A stretch of 64,000 nt of DNA, taken from positions 124,001-188,000 of IMG/VR virus record IMGVR_UViG_3300036770_007495. One strand, written 5' to 3'. The notes below the pieces were generated by a model. It worked only from the letters and a program-made list of their open reading frames with translations. It made no database searches and was not told the origin of the DNA. Positions 34,864 to 45,761 of the stretch are shown here, piece after piece (the first letter of the stretch is position 1; each line of letters starts with the position of its first letter). A program made the translations under genes and the position numbers.

Positions 34864-37440
34864 TTAGAGCTGTACAAGTGTAGGTACGAGAACGTTTGCA
34901 ATGGATGTCGGCAAACCACATTGTCCATTTGTATTTTTCCCCCATGCATACAAGTCTTTCTGTATTACACTGTCAGTGATTGCATAAACTGTTTTGTTTG
35001 ATGCATAACCAATTACAATGAAATCATCAAACTTGTTGCGCTGAATTTTTACTGCTTTGGTTTTTGTTGTTGTAGCAGCAGTTGTTGTACCATCGCCTGC
35101 AGCACCATCTGTATTAACACCACCAACACTGTACAATTCACCTGCTGTGGTGAGCATAAACAGTGTATCTGTGTGGTATTGAATTTTTTTGATGCCAGTA
35201 AATGGTGCAAGTGGCACTTTAGGAATAGTTCTATCAGTTGTTGTACCGTCTCCCAACTGATAAGCTCCGTTTTCACCCCATGTAACAATGTTGTTGCCAG
35301 TTAGTCGTGCAGCTATGCTTAGCAAGTTAGTACTGTCAGCATTGATTGTGAGAGCTACAACACCTGACAATTGAAAAGCACCAGATACACTTGAAACAGG
35401 CTTGAATACGGTTTGATCTGCTACAGCATTGTTGCCAAGAGCACCACTATTAAAGCTGCCTACGCTCCACAAATAATTTTTATCATCTGTAGTGACATAT
35501 GCATTAGAATTAGTCGTATACCCGCCAGCATATACATTGTTTACAGTTGATATGTTTGCTGATACCTTGTAGAAGATAGTTCTATTTGACTTGTTGGTCA
35601 AGCCAAGATTACCATTTTGATTGTTGCCTGCAGCATGCAATTCATCATTTTCATCAATTACAAATGCAAATTGAGTTGCTGCAGAGTTGCTAGTTGTTAC
35701 CTTTTTAACTTTGAGTGCACTCAAGCTTGAATAGTTTCCATCTTGAATGTAAATTGTTTCATTTATTTTTACTGGGGTTGTTTGATCTGTAGTTGAGCCA
35801 ATTCCAAGACACCCACTAGAGCCTTCACCCCAACCGTACAAATTGCCTGCATCAGTAATTGCAAACATACATACTTCTGGTACTGCATCTGAAGCATTTG
35901 TATATGATCCTGCAATTTGTGTTACCTTCTCATAATTAAAATACAGAGGATTAATTTGTTTGAAAGTGTTGTTAACAGTTGTTGCACCTGCACCTAGCAG
36001 ACCTACGGAACTTTTACCAGCTGTATATACATTACCTTCACTTGTTAAAAGTGCAGAGAAATTACCAATGGAGTATGCACTAATTGCATATTCATTAGCA
36101 CTAAATCCAACAGCAATGGAGAAGAAAAATGGTACATCCACATTGTTGCTGCCATAGCCAATTGCTGATCCATATGTTGCAGTGTCTGAATTACCTGCGC
36201 CTCTAACATTGTTTGCAGCATCCAAAACAAATCCATGTTTGTAACACACCATGGTTGTACCTGTATTTAGAGTAGGAATAATGATGCGGCTTGCAAATCT
36301 TGGATTTTGTGACTGTAGTACATCTACTGTTGCACTCAAGCTGCTGATTTGAGAATCAACAGCTGTTTTGCTGATGTAATCATTGATGCCCAATTGATAT
36401 TGAATTCCTTGATTTGGGAAAACTAAATTTGTAGTTGATGTATCAGTTGTTACATTGTATGCTGTAAGGGCAACATTGTCTACAGTTACAGTTGAAGGTT
36501 CAAAAATTACATCTTGCAGATACTTGATGATGTAAACAAAATTTGATGCAGTGAGCAAAGGAACATTGAAGTTTGTTCCTGTGCCACCATAATACTGGCC
36601 AATGGCTGCACACAGTGCTGAATAAACTGTACCATCTTTTGTAGAACCATCACACAAGAAATAGCCATGAGGTACTGTGGTTGAAGTTGCATTGAAATTG
36701 CCGCCTGATCCATATGGCACAATGCTGCCCACTGGAACCTGATTGCTGCTCAACACCATGTATTGAGTTTGATAAGTTCCAGGAGTTGCAAACACAAGAT
36801 TGCCAAAGCTGTCAGTTGTCAAGACAGATCCTGCAGCACCATCAAATGCGGGCATGTTGAATACTGCTGCACCACCAGCTGCACCAAACTGAATTGCTTG
36901 TGACAATTGCAAAAATGCATTGTTGCGAGGTGTAATTTGATCAAACTGTTGATTTGCAGTTGTTTGAAGCTCACGCGCACCAACAAATTCTAATCCTAAT
37001 CCTGCAAGTTCAGTGTCAAGTTGCGCTGCACTCACAGTCTTGACACTCATGACACCAGTTGTTGCATTCAACTGCAATGTCTCATCATCAACTCTGTTGG
37101 CAAGAGGTCCAGAGAAAAGTGTCCAATTGCCAGCGGTGCTGTATGGCTTTGCTGCAAGGCGATAAATGCCACCAGCAATGCTGTCATATGCTACATCACC
37201 TGCTTCTGCTTCTGCAGCCCATGTGCTTGGATGCCCTGTTCCAAAATAAAGAAACAAAGATGTTGGAAGTGCACCAGTTGTTACACCATCACCAACAAAA
37301 AGTCTGCGAGTATCAACAGTGTAGCCCAGTTCTCCTTCAGAGAGTACAACATTTGTACGTTCAGTATTAGAGCCGCGACGAATAAGCAGCTTTAAAAGTG
37401 TATTTTCTGTGATTTCAATTCTACCAGCACTATTGCTCAT
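34864..37440 (-). CDS. Tail fibre: Mtd_N-like + tail collar + RCC1-like beta-propeller
   Basis: IRRG....L.EGELGY..DT.RLFVGDG; PVGSI.PY...P.GYFLCDG...Y.AL...IG; repeated G.LY.WG.N..G.LG.G. Confidence 0.85.
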   Translation of the reverse strand: MSNSAGRIEITENTLLKLLIRRGSNTERTNVVLSEGELGYTVDTRRLFVGDGVTTGALPTSLFLYFGTGHPSTWAAEAEAGDVAYDSIAGGIYRLAAKPYSTAGNWTLFSGPLANRVDDETLQLNATTGVMSVKTVSAAQLDTELAGLGLEFVGARELQTTANQQFDQITPRNNAFLQLSQAIQFGAAGGAAVFNMPAFDGAAGSVLTTDSFGNLVFATPGTYQTQYMVLSSNQVPVGSIVPYGSGGNFNATSTTVPHGYFLCDGSTKDGTVYSALCAAIGQYYGGTGTNFNVPLLTASNFVYIIKYLQDVIFEPSTVTVDNVALTAYNVTTDTSTTNLVFPNQGIQYQLGINDYISKTAVDSQISSLSATVDVLQSQNPRFASRIIIPTLNTGTTMVCYKHGFVLDAANNVRGAGNSDTATYGSAIGYGSNNVDVPFFFSIAVGFSANEYAISAYSIGNFSALLTSEGNVYTAGKSSVGLLGAGATTVNNTFKQINPLYFNYEKVTQIAGSYTNASDAVPEVCMFAITDAGNLYGWGEGSSGCLGIGSTTDQTTPVKINETIYIQDGNYSSLSALKVKKVTTSNSAATQFAFVIDENDELHAAGNNQNGNLGLTNKSNRTIFYKVSANISTVNNVYAGGYTTNSNAYVTTDDKNYLWSVGSFNSGALGNNAVADQTVFKPVSSVSGAFQLSGVVALTINADSTNLLSIAARLTGNNIVTWGENGAYQLGDGTTTDRTIPKVPLAPFTGIKKIQYHTDTLFMLTTAGELYSVGGVNTDGAAGDGTTTAATTTKTKAVKIQRNKFDDFIVIGYASNKTVYAITDSVIQKDLYAWGKNTNGQCGLPTSIANVLVPTLVQL

Positions 37441-37448
37441 GCTTATAT

Positions 37449-38288
37449 TTAGCTAAGAGCCATCAATTCGCTAGGAATATCAAACACAGGAATTGCTTTT
37501 TTACCATATGGTGCGCCCATGTCAACAACAATGAATCCTGCTGATGACAGAGTGTATGTTGCAGAACCTGTTCCAGTGGATGCAAGATACTGAGTTGTGC
37601 CTTCTTTTGAACCCAACGGAAACTGGTTGTAGAACCCTCCAAATGCACCATATGAGCTCAAAGGCAAACGTGATGCATTGTAGAGTGATGACAATGCAAT
37701 GGCATTGCTCTTGATCTGAAGAGATTGTTCATCAATTGCTGCACACAAAGTCATTGAAGCTGTTGAGCCAATGCCCTGACCCAGCAAAGTTGAAACATTG
37801 ATGTTTGCATTTGTGATTGTACCAACACGCAATTGATTGCTGCTAATGATGATGGTGGAATTATCCACTCTTGCACTCAATCCTTGTGTTGTTGCTGCAA
37901 TTGCACCAGACAAGAATACAAGTGAAGAACTTGCAGTATTGATGGTGAGTTGATTGGATCCATTAAATTTGATGGAAGTACCATCAACTTGTGCACCAAT
38001 ATACTTCCATGCTGATGTTTGCGTTGCATCAGTACCAGTCAATTGGTACAGCAAACTGTTTTCAACAACCAAGTCACCTTGATATGCTGCAAGAGATGTC
38101 TTGTTTGCAGCAATGGGTGTAAATGATTTAGACCCCACAACCAATCCGCCCATTGTTGCACCATCACCAACAAAAACTCTTTTGGAGTCAATGGTGTAAC
38201 CCAATTCACCTTGATCAAGAGTAATCAGCAGTCTTTGTGATTCAAGACCGCGGCGCAATTTGAGTTTAATGATTTTTATGTCAGGCAT
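37449..38288 (-). CDS. Tail fibre-associated protein with Mtd_N-like N-terminus
   Basis: LRRG....LDQGELGY..D.KRVFVGDG; VD..SI/TI repeats; start ATG 38288. Confidence 0.8.
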   Translation of the reverse strand: MPDIKIIKLKLRRGLESQRLLITLDQGELGYTIDSKRVFVGDGATMGGLVVGSKSFTPIAANKTSLAAYQGDLVVENSLLYQLTGTDATQTSAWKYIGAQVDGTSIKFNGSNQLTINTASSSLVFLSGAIAATTQGLSARVDNSTIIISSNQLRVGTITNANINVSTLLGQGIGSTASMTLCAAIDEQSLQIKSNAIALSSLYNASRLPLSSYGAFGGFYNQFPLGSKEGTTQYLASTGTGSATYTLSSAGFIVVDMGAPYGKKAIPVFDIPSELMALS

Positions 38289-38293
38289 ATTGT

Positions 38294-39895
38294 TTAGGGA
38301 ATATAAAATTCTTTGACGTACTTCCACACACCAATGCCGCCATCACATTCACCGCTGTGTGCAGCTCTGAAGCTTGTAGAGATAGTAGCGGATTTGATGC
38401 GAATAAAACCAGTTGCAACTGCAGGCTGCAATCCATACTTTGTCAAATAATCAGTGATGTATGAAGTTGTAGTTCCTGTGCCAGATCTATTCTTGTAACA
38501 GAAAGCAATGTTGCGCTTGTCAATGTTGGGTGCATTGTTTGCGTCTGTTGTCTTGATGTCTACAGCAGAAGAAGTTGTTACATTTGTGACACTTGCATAG
38601 AAATTCTTGTAATACAATTGATTGTCAAGATAAATGATGAGAGTTGTTACTCTATCAATAACTTTTGGTCTGCTGCTTGTGCCTGTTGATCTTGTGAAAG
38701 AAGAATTGTAAACATTGTCGCTGATGTCTGTTACAGAATTGTTGACAGTGAATGTGTAAAAACCGTCTCTGCACTTGTCATATGCGCGTGTAACAATTTC
38801 TACAGCAATGAGTTTATTCTGCGCCATGTATTCAGGTGTTATTGTGTAAGTTTGAACACCAGTATTAATTGAGCAGCTGCCTTTCTCACCCTTTTCAGCA
38901 AGATAGTAGTAATCTTTGTATCTGAAATTTGTGTAGAACATTTGAGGTTCATCAATTGCATAAAAGAGCGTATTGCCAATTGTGAGAACATTCATGTTGG
39001 TGCTGTCACCATTTTGACTGTACACACTAACTGATGATACTCCTTGTGAAAGTACAATTGCCCATCCATTGTCACCTGTTGCAGGAGTTGCAGGATTTGC
39101 TGCAGGGTTCACATGAGATCCTTTGGATACCTGAGTCATGTACATGTTGTTGTTGTACTGCTCATTGAACCAAACGGTGTATCTTCCTGCACCGCTGCGA
39201 GATACACTTGCAACATTGTATGCAGAACGAATAGTGGTGCTAACGCCCAGTGTGCCGGGTGCTGCAGTAACATTTTGTGGCAGCGGAAATGTAAAGTTGT
39301 TTGTATCAGTTCTTGTAACTGGGTATGAACCATTAAGTGTTGCATCAGAAGCAGTGAGGCTAATGATTTGTCCTGTAGCAAGACCATGATTAGCTTTGGT
39401 GCACTGTACAATGCCACCGCTTGAACCTGTATCAACTGTATATGAAATTCCTGTGATGGGCTTGCCATCAAAATTTACCCAGCATTGACGAATGGGGCTA
39501 AGAAAAATTTGCTCAACAAGTCCTTTGCTGTTGACGTTGATGGTATCAATTTGAGAATATGATCCTTCAGGATTTGGATCCAAGTCAGGCAATGCTTCCA
39601 AAACAACTTGACCAAAATCTACATGTCCATTGCCATCTGTCACAAGTGGAAACCCTTCACCAGAAACAGAATCAGTGTTAGTGTATTCCAACTCACCAGC
39701 AGAAAGTTTGCCAGAAATTGTGACGCTGCCACTCACCTGAATGCCATTGCCAGATACACCCAAAGCAAGTGCAGAAGCTTGACCACTACCATCATACATG
39801 GTTTGCAATCCCTGTGTAGGAAGTGCTGCACCTTCAGCATGCAATACACCCTCGTAGGTAGATTCAACTGTTTGATCGAGTAAACTGGTAGGCAT
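38294..39895 (-). CDS. Tail fibre-like structural protein
   Basis: INVNSKG.V, WVNFDG, HGL.TG, IRSAYNVASV.R.G.G.Y.V.F; TAAATA 7 nt upstream. Confidence 0.75.
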   Translation of the reverse strand: MPTSLLDQTVESTYEGVLHAEGAALPTQGLQTMYDGSGQASALALGVSGNGIQVSGSVTISGKLSAGELEYTNTDSVSGEGFPLVTDGNGHVDFGQVVLEALPDLDPNPEGSYSQIDTINVNSKGLVEQIFLSPIRQCWVNFDGKPITGISYTVDTGSSGGIVQCTKANHGLATGQIISLTASDATLNGSYPVTRTDTNNFTFPLPQNVTAAPGTLGVSTTIRSAYNVASVSRSGAGRYTVWFNEQYNNNMYMTQVSKGSHVNPAANPATPATGDNGWAIVLSQGVSSVSVYSQNGDSTNMNVLTIGNTLFYAIDEPQMFYTNFRYKDYYYLAEKGEKGSCSINTGVQTYTITPEYMAQNKLIAVEIVTRAYDKCRDGFYTFTVNNSVTDISDNVYNSSFTRSTGTSSRPKVIDRVTTLIIYLDNQLYYKNFYASVTNVTTSSAVDIKTTDANNAPNIDKRNIAFCYKNRSGTGTTTSYITDYLTKYGLQPAVATGFIRIKSATISTSFRAAHSGECDGGIGVWKYVKEFYIP

Positions 39896-39918
39896 TTGCT
39901 TTTATTTATCGCAATCGG

Positions 39919-41802
39919 TTAGTTTAACAATACTGTTTTAGAGCCTGATACAGAAGGTACAAAATTATTGATGCGTGTTTTTGTAATTTGAAGCACATCA
40001 TTTTGCAAATCCCATATTTGCTTCAAAACTCTGTTGAGTGTACCTGGACTTGATGCAATTTCATTGTCATGCACATAGAAGTTGTTGGCATTGTCAATGG
40101 TAATGCTGTTGAATTCATCATTTGTCAAAGCAACAATGCCTTGATTTACAAGATTGCCGATGTAGTCATAACTTGCTGCATATCTACCAGCAAGATAATT
40201 CTTTATGTACATTGTATTGGAGATGATTTTGTGCAATTCTTTGTTGAGAACAAATGCTTGAATCATTTCTGAATCATTAACTCTCAAGTTGTTGATTGCA
40301 TAAATGGTGAAGTCAGTTGATCCGAGCACACTTGTGTAGAGTGTTGGTTCTGTGTAATGTAAAATTCTGTTGAATGACTCACTCAAATATCCTGCAAAAA
40401 CAAAAATCTCATCAGCATCCAAGTTGCTAGGCAAGAGTGACATGCTGCTTACTGCAATGCCTTTTCTCACAATGGCTCTTCCATCATTCCAGCGCCATTT
40501 TGCGCGATTGTAACGAGAAAACTCATTGTTCCAAATGTGGTCATTTGTAAATCCGCTTTTGTAAAATAGCCATTTGCCAATGCTTACATCTGGTCTGTTG
40601 ACAAACTTTTTGAACACGTTTACATTGGTAAACATGTACATGATGTTGCTGTCATTGTATGAAAACTGCAATCCCTTGAAATATTCACCATCAATCAATT
40701 CATCCTGCAAAATGTATTCTTGCTCAATGTTGAGATCCACATCACAAATTTGCAGAGTATTTGTTTTGGTTGTTAAATTGCTCACAATTACATAGACCTT
40801 GTCAAAAACATCATTGTATTGAAAAGCACGTGCAACTGTTGATGTGCCAATGGTGAATGCTCTGGTTGTTATGTATGATAGATTAGAATCATACACTTTG
40901 ATGCATCTGTTGCCCTTGTCATGCACATACACACGATCAATGGAATCATTTGCATAAATTAAATCAGGGCCATTGAATTTTGTCTTGGCAAGAGCATTAC
41001 CCTCACCACCAATTGATGCAACTAAAAATCTCTTGTTGGTAAGAGGTACATCATTGTTGTAAAAGCCACCAACATCATATTTGTAGACATTGTTTTGCTT
41101 AACATCACAAACATACATGAAATTGTTAGTGATGCTGAAGCTGCTGAGTTGCAAAAATGTTAAATCGCTGTTGGTATCAACATTTGCATTGTCATGAGTC
41201 ACTTGCAATGATGTTAAATCAGGATTGCTACTCAACGCAATGATGGATGTAGGCGAAATGCCCAAGAAAGCATAGCCTACTTCATCTTGAATTTTTACAG
41301 CTTGCAGCTGAATTGCATTACCAATTGCACCAAGACCAACACCAGAAAAAGGTGTAAAAGTTGTAGCATCAGTTGGATCCTGTGCAATCCATGCTGGCAA
41401 TGCACTTAAACAACCTGCTGCACGATCAAAATTGTGTGGAATATCATTGCTTGCAATGAAGCATTTGGAATACAGATACAAAGAGTTGTTGTAGAGCTTA
41501 TACAGTCGGTCATTCAAAACTCTACCATTGAATGTCTCATTTGCTGCAATTTGTACATCAACATTGAAGTCATATGGCAGAGACAATTCATCTTTCAGAA
41601 TTCTATCTCTAAAAAACTTTGAAGTCACCACATCTGCTGCATACGTATTTTTATCTGCAAGTTCTGCTGCATTATCAGCAATGTCTCTAGAAGCATAGAT
41701 GTTTCCATCAACTACATGGTAGTATCCAACGTAGTCATTTCCGGTCAATGCAAAGTCTTTGCCGTTGGTGTATCCAACTTTGATGGAGGAGTAATCAATC
41801 AC
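39919..41802 (-). CDS. Virion structural protein with NHL-like beta-propeller
   Basis: YV.D..N.V.KY, KFNGP..I, VYV.D.GN..IKVYD repeats; GTG start 5 nt after TAAATA. Confidence 0.7.
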   Translation of the reverse strand: MIDYSSIKVGYTNGKDFALTGNDYVGYYHVVDGNIYASRDIADNAAELADKNTYAADVVTSKFFRDRILKDELSLPYDFNVDVQIAANETFNGRVLNDRLYKLYNNSLYLYSKCFIASNDIPHNFDRAAGCLSALPAWIAQDPTDATTFTPFSGVGLGAIGNAIQLQAVKIQDEVGYAFLGISPTSIIALSSNPDLTSLQVTHDNANVDTNSDLTFLQLSSFSITNNFMYVCDVKQNNVYKYDVGGFYNNDVPLTNKRFLVASIGGEGNALAKTKFNGPDLIYANDSIDRVYVHDKGNRCIKVYDSNLSYITTRAFTIGTSTVARAFQYNDVFDKVYVIVSNLTTKTNTLQICDVDLNIEQEYILQDELIDGEYFKGLQFSYNDSNIMYMFTNVNVFKKFVNRPDVSIGKWLFYKSGFTNDHIWNNEFSRYNRAKWRWNDGRAIVRKGIAVSSMSLLPSNLDADEIFVFAGYLSESFNRILHYTEPTLYTSVLGSTDFTIYAINNLRVNDSEMIQAFVLNKELHKIISNTMYIKNYLAGRYAASYDYIGNLVNQGIVALTNDEFNSITIDNANNFYVHDNEIASSPGTLNRVLKQIWDLQNDVLQITKTRINNFVPSVSGSKTVLLN

Positions 41803-41810
41803 ATGAATAT

Positions 41811-44800
41811 TTACTCATAGTCAACAAATTCAACACCCAAGATGTTGATTGTTGCTGGCAGAGATTGTGAAACTTGGCTCAAGACTTGTTGTTTGAGTGA
41901 TGTCTTGAGTGATTCATTTGCAATGCCAGAGTTTTTGATGATGATGGATACATTGTTGCTCTTCATGCCTGGTGCTCCAAATGCAAACATGCGCTTGATG
42001 ACATCAATGTTGTTGCGCATGCCACAAGGCAAATGGAATGTTAAGTCAGATACATTGTAATCCTGCATTGTGATGAATCTTACATCATTTTCTGAAAGAG
42101 CTTTAGCATAAATTTTCGGATACAGCAGTGTTGCATTGCTTGCAAAGTATGCTTGCGGCTGTTTCAAGAATTGAGCAAGTGTTGCACCATTGACAAATTG
42201 TGTAGTTCCAAATGCAATTGCATTTGAAATCAATGGCTGCTGCACAGCATATTTTGCTGCACCAAAATTAACTACATCTGCTGTCTTGCCATCAATGAAT
42301 ATGGTTGCATTGCCCTGAATGCCATCAAGTCTCAAAGCAAAATGCTTGGTTCCTGGCAAGATGTTGTCAAGATCCACAGTTGTTGTGACTGTTTTGATGT
42401 CTCTATTGTTGTATTTGTTAGCAAGCTTCACCACAAAATCAAGCTTGTTGCCGCGATTCTTGTATTTTTGCTGCAAATATTGTGAATTTGTGAGATTGAG
42501 CGTTGCATTTTCAGAGTAAAGCACATCAGTTGCAACAGATGCAATGATGTTGCCTTGTGTATCCAGCTTTGCAAGATGTATTTTGTTGTTTGCATCTTTG
42601 GATGCAACAATGGTTGTATGAACCAATGCACTGCCAATGTATTCATAGCAGTTGGTGATTGCAAAATTGATGGTGCTCAATGCATTGAGTGTACTGACAT
42701 TGTATTGCAACACACGCTCACTATTGTATTTTACAACCTTGAAGTCGCCATTGAGGATGTAAATGTTTTGATCCTTATCAACATCAAAATCTCTGATGTA
42801 GTTGATAACTTGAGCAGAGGAAAGTGACTTGAATGCTACATATTGCTCATTGGTTGCATAGTTGTAATTGACAATTTGATTGTTGTTATACAGATACAAG
42901 GCAGCATTGGTGCCATAAGGTATTGCTTTTGTGCCTAGAGTACCTACAATGCCACGATCACCATACAAAATACTCTTGGATGCAGGTGCTACTTCAAATG
43001 TTGACAGAGTCTCTGTAGCAAAATTGAAGCGAGATACAGTCGTCTCATCAGCATGAAGAATATACACATCATCATTGTTTTGAACAACATCAATCCAGTT
43101 GAAAGTTGATGGAGCATTTGACAAAAGGCCAATGTCGTTGAGTGTTCGTACAATTAAATCAGCATAAAAGCTTGGTGTACTTGCTGCCAACACATTGTAA
43201 GAATAGCTGATGTTGTTAAAATCAGACAATCCATTGGCGCCTGCATATGCACCATATCCATTTTGCACAGCTTCTAAAAATTGTCTAAAGCCTGTGTAAA
43301 GATTTGGACCAGTATTGACTTGAAATACAACTGCACTATAAGCATATGGTGAAGTTGTTAGCAAATCACGCGCAGTAACAATATCATTGTTGTAAGTTGC
43401 AGTAGAAGCATTGATGTTGAATGTTGTGGAATCAGCACCATAAGGAGATGATTCATCTTGAAACACCAAATTAACAACTCTGGTTATTGTTGATGTTGTT
43501 CTTGGTGCAGAGACAACAATCATTGTGCGTTCTGTAGCACCATATTCACTAAAGAGCCTCACATTGACACGTTCATCATACAATGCTTCATCATTATTGA
43601 AGTAAGGAAGCAGTGTTTGCTTGAGAATTGTATCACGCATTTGAATCAAAGGCTCAAGAGTTGAGTTCATGGACCCTGAATCATCAAACCAAATGTTGAG
43701 CTCTGTGTTTACATCAATGAGACCTGCATCAGCAAGATTGTATTTGTCATACAGAGTGCCATCAGCATGCATTTTGTACAATGCATAGTTGGAGATGGCA
43801 CCAAAGTCATCAATGGCATCAAAGCGTGGCACAAAAAGAGTTGGTTCAGGCAACAAAGTCTGTGTGATGCGATTGAAATCACTGTTGTAAATGTTGAGAG
43901 CAGATGTGCTCTGCAACATGATGAGTGGTGTTACAACAGGATCTTTGATGAGAGCAAATCCAGTATCAGTCAAATTGCCAAGAACTTGATAAGCATTGAG
44001 ATTTTTCCAATCATCACACTTGAGCCAGAAGGAAATGGTGAATGCATAATTTGCATTAATTGCATCATAGTTCTGAACTACATCATATGAATTGCCATTG
44101 AGTTCATATGCTTTGTTTGCAATGTAGGCATCTGAATACAGTTGATTGTTGCTTGTCTTCCACTGCAAACTATCAATGATGAGTGCATTGTCATGAGTTG
44201 CAAGATGTTCATTGATGCGTTTGTTGCCAATTCTGTAGTAGAAGTATTCTTGATTGGGTTCAAAAACTACATCACTCTTCTTATCAAAGAAATCATATGC
44301 AAATGATTGCTGTTGCAAGTATGCAGATACAAAATCCTCATATGTTCCATATGTTACATTAACAGCTTTAGCTGCATCCAATGGTGACATCTTGTTGGAA
44401 TTGTAGTATCTATCCACCCATTCAGCAGATGAATTATTTGGACCAGCAGATAGCCAGGTGCAAAGATATTGACCATCTTCACCTTGTGCAGCATTCTTGA
44501 GAGCAAGGATTTGATCAGCTGTGTAAGGTGAATCACCAGCATAAGCACCATCTGTTCTCAATGAAGCATCATTTACATTGAGTTGCTCATACGGATACAG
44601 AGATGCAGATGTTTTGAATGATGAATATGCATCAGACTTAGCAACAAAGTCATTGGAAAACATTGTGAAGTTGATGGTGATGTTTTCATCACCCTTTTCT
44701 TGACTGTTGCCTGCAAAAATGTTGGTGTAATCTCTGTTGATGGGACCAGCATTGTTGTTTCTTTGGTTGGTGTAACTTGCTTTGTCAAGAGTACCAAGTT

Positions 44801-45740
44801 GAGTTGACTGATTCTTGAGAACAATGGGTCTTGCTGGCACTTGCAGTGGAGTTGCATCTGCATATTGAGTAGCAACAAGCAAATTGCTTGGCAAATCATT
44901 GAGCAAAGTTGCATCATTGATGTTTAGCTTGTTGACATCATCAGTTGTGTATGAAGCCCATGAAGCATTCAATTTGCTACCCACTTGCAGTTCATTGGAC
45001 CTCACCAAAAAGTTAAAATTGTTGAACAGCAAGTAGTTGCTTGCATTGTATGCACTCAGCAATTGCAATTTGTTGCTATCAAAACCAGATACACCCAAAA
45101 ATTTGGTGCGATTGCCTGAGAGAGGCTTTCTTAAGAACAAAGACTCACCAGATGAATCAAAAATGTATTCAAAAATTGTTTCGTCAATGTAATTGAAGTT
45201 GAGATCATCGTAATCTGTGTATCCAGTAGCAAAAACTACATCTTCATTGCTGTTGATGGCAAGATAAAACTTCTCATGCTTGTATTTGTAGCAAATGCGT
45301 GCATACTTCTCATCAAGCATTTCAAAATTGAAGAATGACTGATCAGGCACAGGCATGGAATCAAGTGCAAGCAATCTATGTGAAGTTGCTGCATTGAAAT
45401 CAAATGTGAATGTCTCTCTTTGACCATCAAAATACAAATACTTGGTAGCAGCATTTTGAGTAGCATCAATTGATAGACCCAGCTGTGTGGTTATGATTGA
45501 GCCCGGTTTCTTTTGCAGAGGTCTTAACTCAAAAACATCATCAAGACTCAATTCATTGGACAGCACCAGCGCGCTGTAATTGTTCATGGCAACATCTCTT
45601 GCGCTCAACATGAAATTGTGCAAGAAAATGTTGATGCCTTGCTGATTGTTGCTTGTGTTGCCTTTGAATTTAAAATCAACATCATCATGATAAGTGCAGC
45701 TTGCACTAGTCATGTGTGTCGAATAATTGAATACCTGCAT
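41811..45740 (-). CDS. Large virion/baseplate protein with LamG-like and inserted vWA-like domain
   Basis: FTISFW.K...H.AL...IFIDG...IY.KALS (LamG-like halves); IWFDDSGSM (MIDAS-like). Confidence 0.7.
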   Translation of the reverse strand: MQVFNYSTHMTSASCTYHDDVDFKFKGNTSNNQQGINIFLHNFMLSARDVAMNNYSALVLSNELSLDDVFELRPLQKKPGSIITTQLGLSIDATQNAATKYLYFDGQRETFTFDFNAATSHRLLALDSMPVPDQSFFNFEMLDEKYARICYKYKHEKFYLAINSNEDVVFATGYTDYDDLNFNYIDETIFEYIFDSSGESLFLRKPLSGNRTKFLGVSGFDSNKLQLLSAYNASNYLLFNNFNFLVRSNELQVGSKLNASWASYTTDDVNKLNINDATLLNDLPSNLLVATQYADATPLQVPARPIVLKNQSTQLGTLDKASYTNQRNNNAGPINRDYTNIFAGNSQEKGDENITINFTMFSNDFVAKSDAYSSFKTSASLYPYEQLNVNDASLRTDGAYAGDSPYTADQILALKNAAQGEDGQYLCTWLSAGPNNSSAEWVDRYYNSNKMSPLDAAKAVNVTYGTYEDFVSAYLQQQSFAYDFFDKKSDVVFEPNQEYFYYRIGNKRINEHLATHDNALIIDSLQWKTSNNQLYSDAYIANKAYELNGNSYDVVQNYDAINANYAFTISFWLKCDDWKNLNAYQVLGNLTDTGFALIKDPVVTPLIMLQSTSALNIYNSDFNRITQTLLPEPTLFVPRFDAIDDFGAISNYALYKMHADGTLYDKYNLADAGLIDVNTELNIWFDDSGSMNSTLEPLIQMRDTILKQTLLPYFNNDEALYDERVNVRLFSEYGATERTMIVVSAPRTTSTITRVVNLVFQDESSPYGADSTTFNINASTATYNNDIVTARDLLTTSPYAYSAVVFQVNTGPNLYTGFRQFLEAVQNGYGAYAGANGLSDFNNISYSYNVLAASTPSFYADLIVRTLNDIGLLSNAPSTFNWIDVVQNNDDVYILHADETTVSRFNFATETLSTFEVAPASKSILYGDRGIVGTLGTKAIPYGTNAALYLYNNNQIVNYNYATNEQYVAFKSLSSAQVINYIRDFDVDKDQNIYILNGDFKVVKYNSERVLQYNVSTLNALSTINFAITNCYEYIGSALVHTTIVASKDANNKIHLAKLDTQGNIIASVATDVLYSENATLNLTNSQYLQQKYKNRGNKLDFVVKLANKYNNRDIKTVTTTVDLDNILPGTKHFALRLDGIQGNATIFIDGKTADVVNFGAAKYAVQQPLISNAIAFGTTQFVNGATLAQFLKQPQAYFASNATLLYPKIYAKALSENDVRFITMQDYNVSDLTFHLPCGMRNNIDVIKRMFAFGAPGMKSNNVSIIIKNSGIANESLKTSLKQQVLSQVSQSLPATINILGVEFVDYE

Positions 45741-45761
45741 ATGAGTATTTAACTCATTGCA

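Noticed and set aside
34864-38288. Diversity-generating retroelement suggested by Mtd_N-like domains
   Set aside because: No reverse transcriptase and no template/variable repeat pair seen in the window
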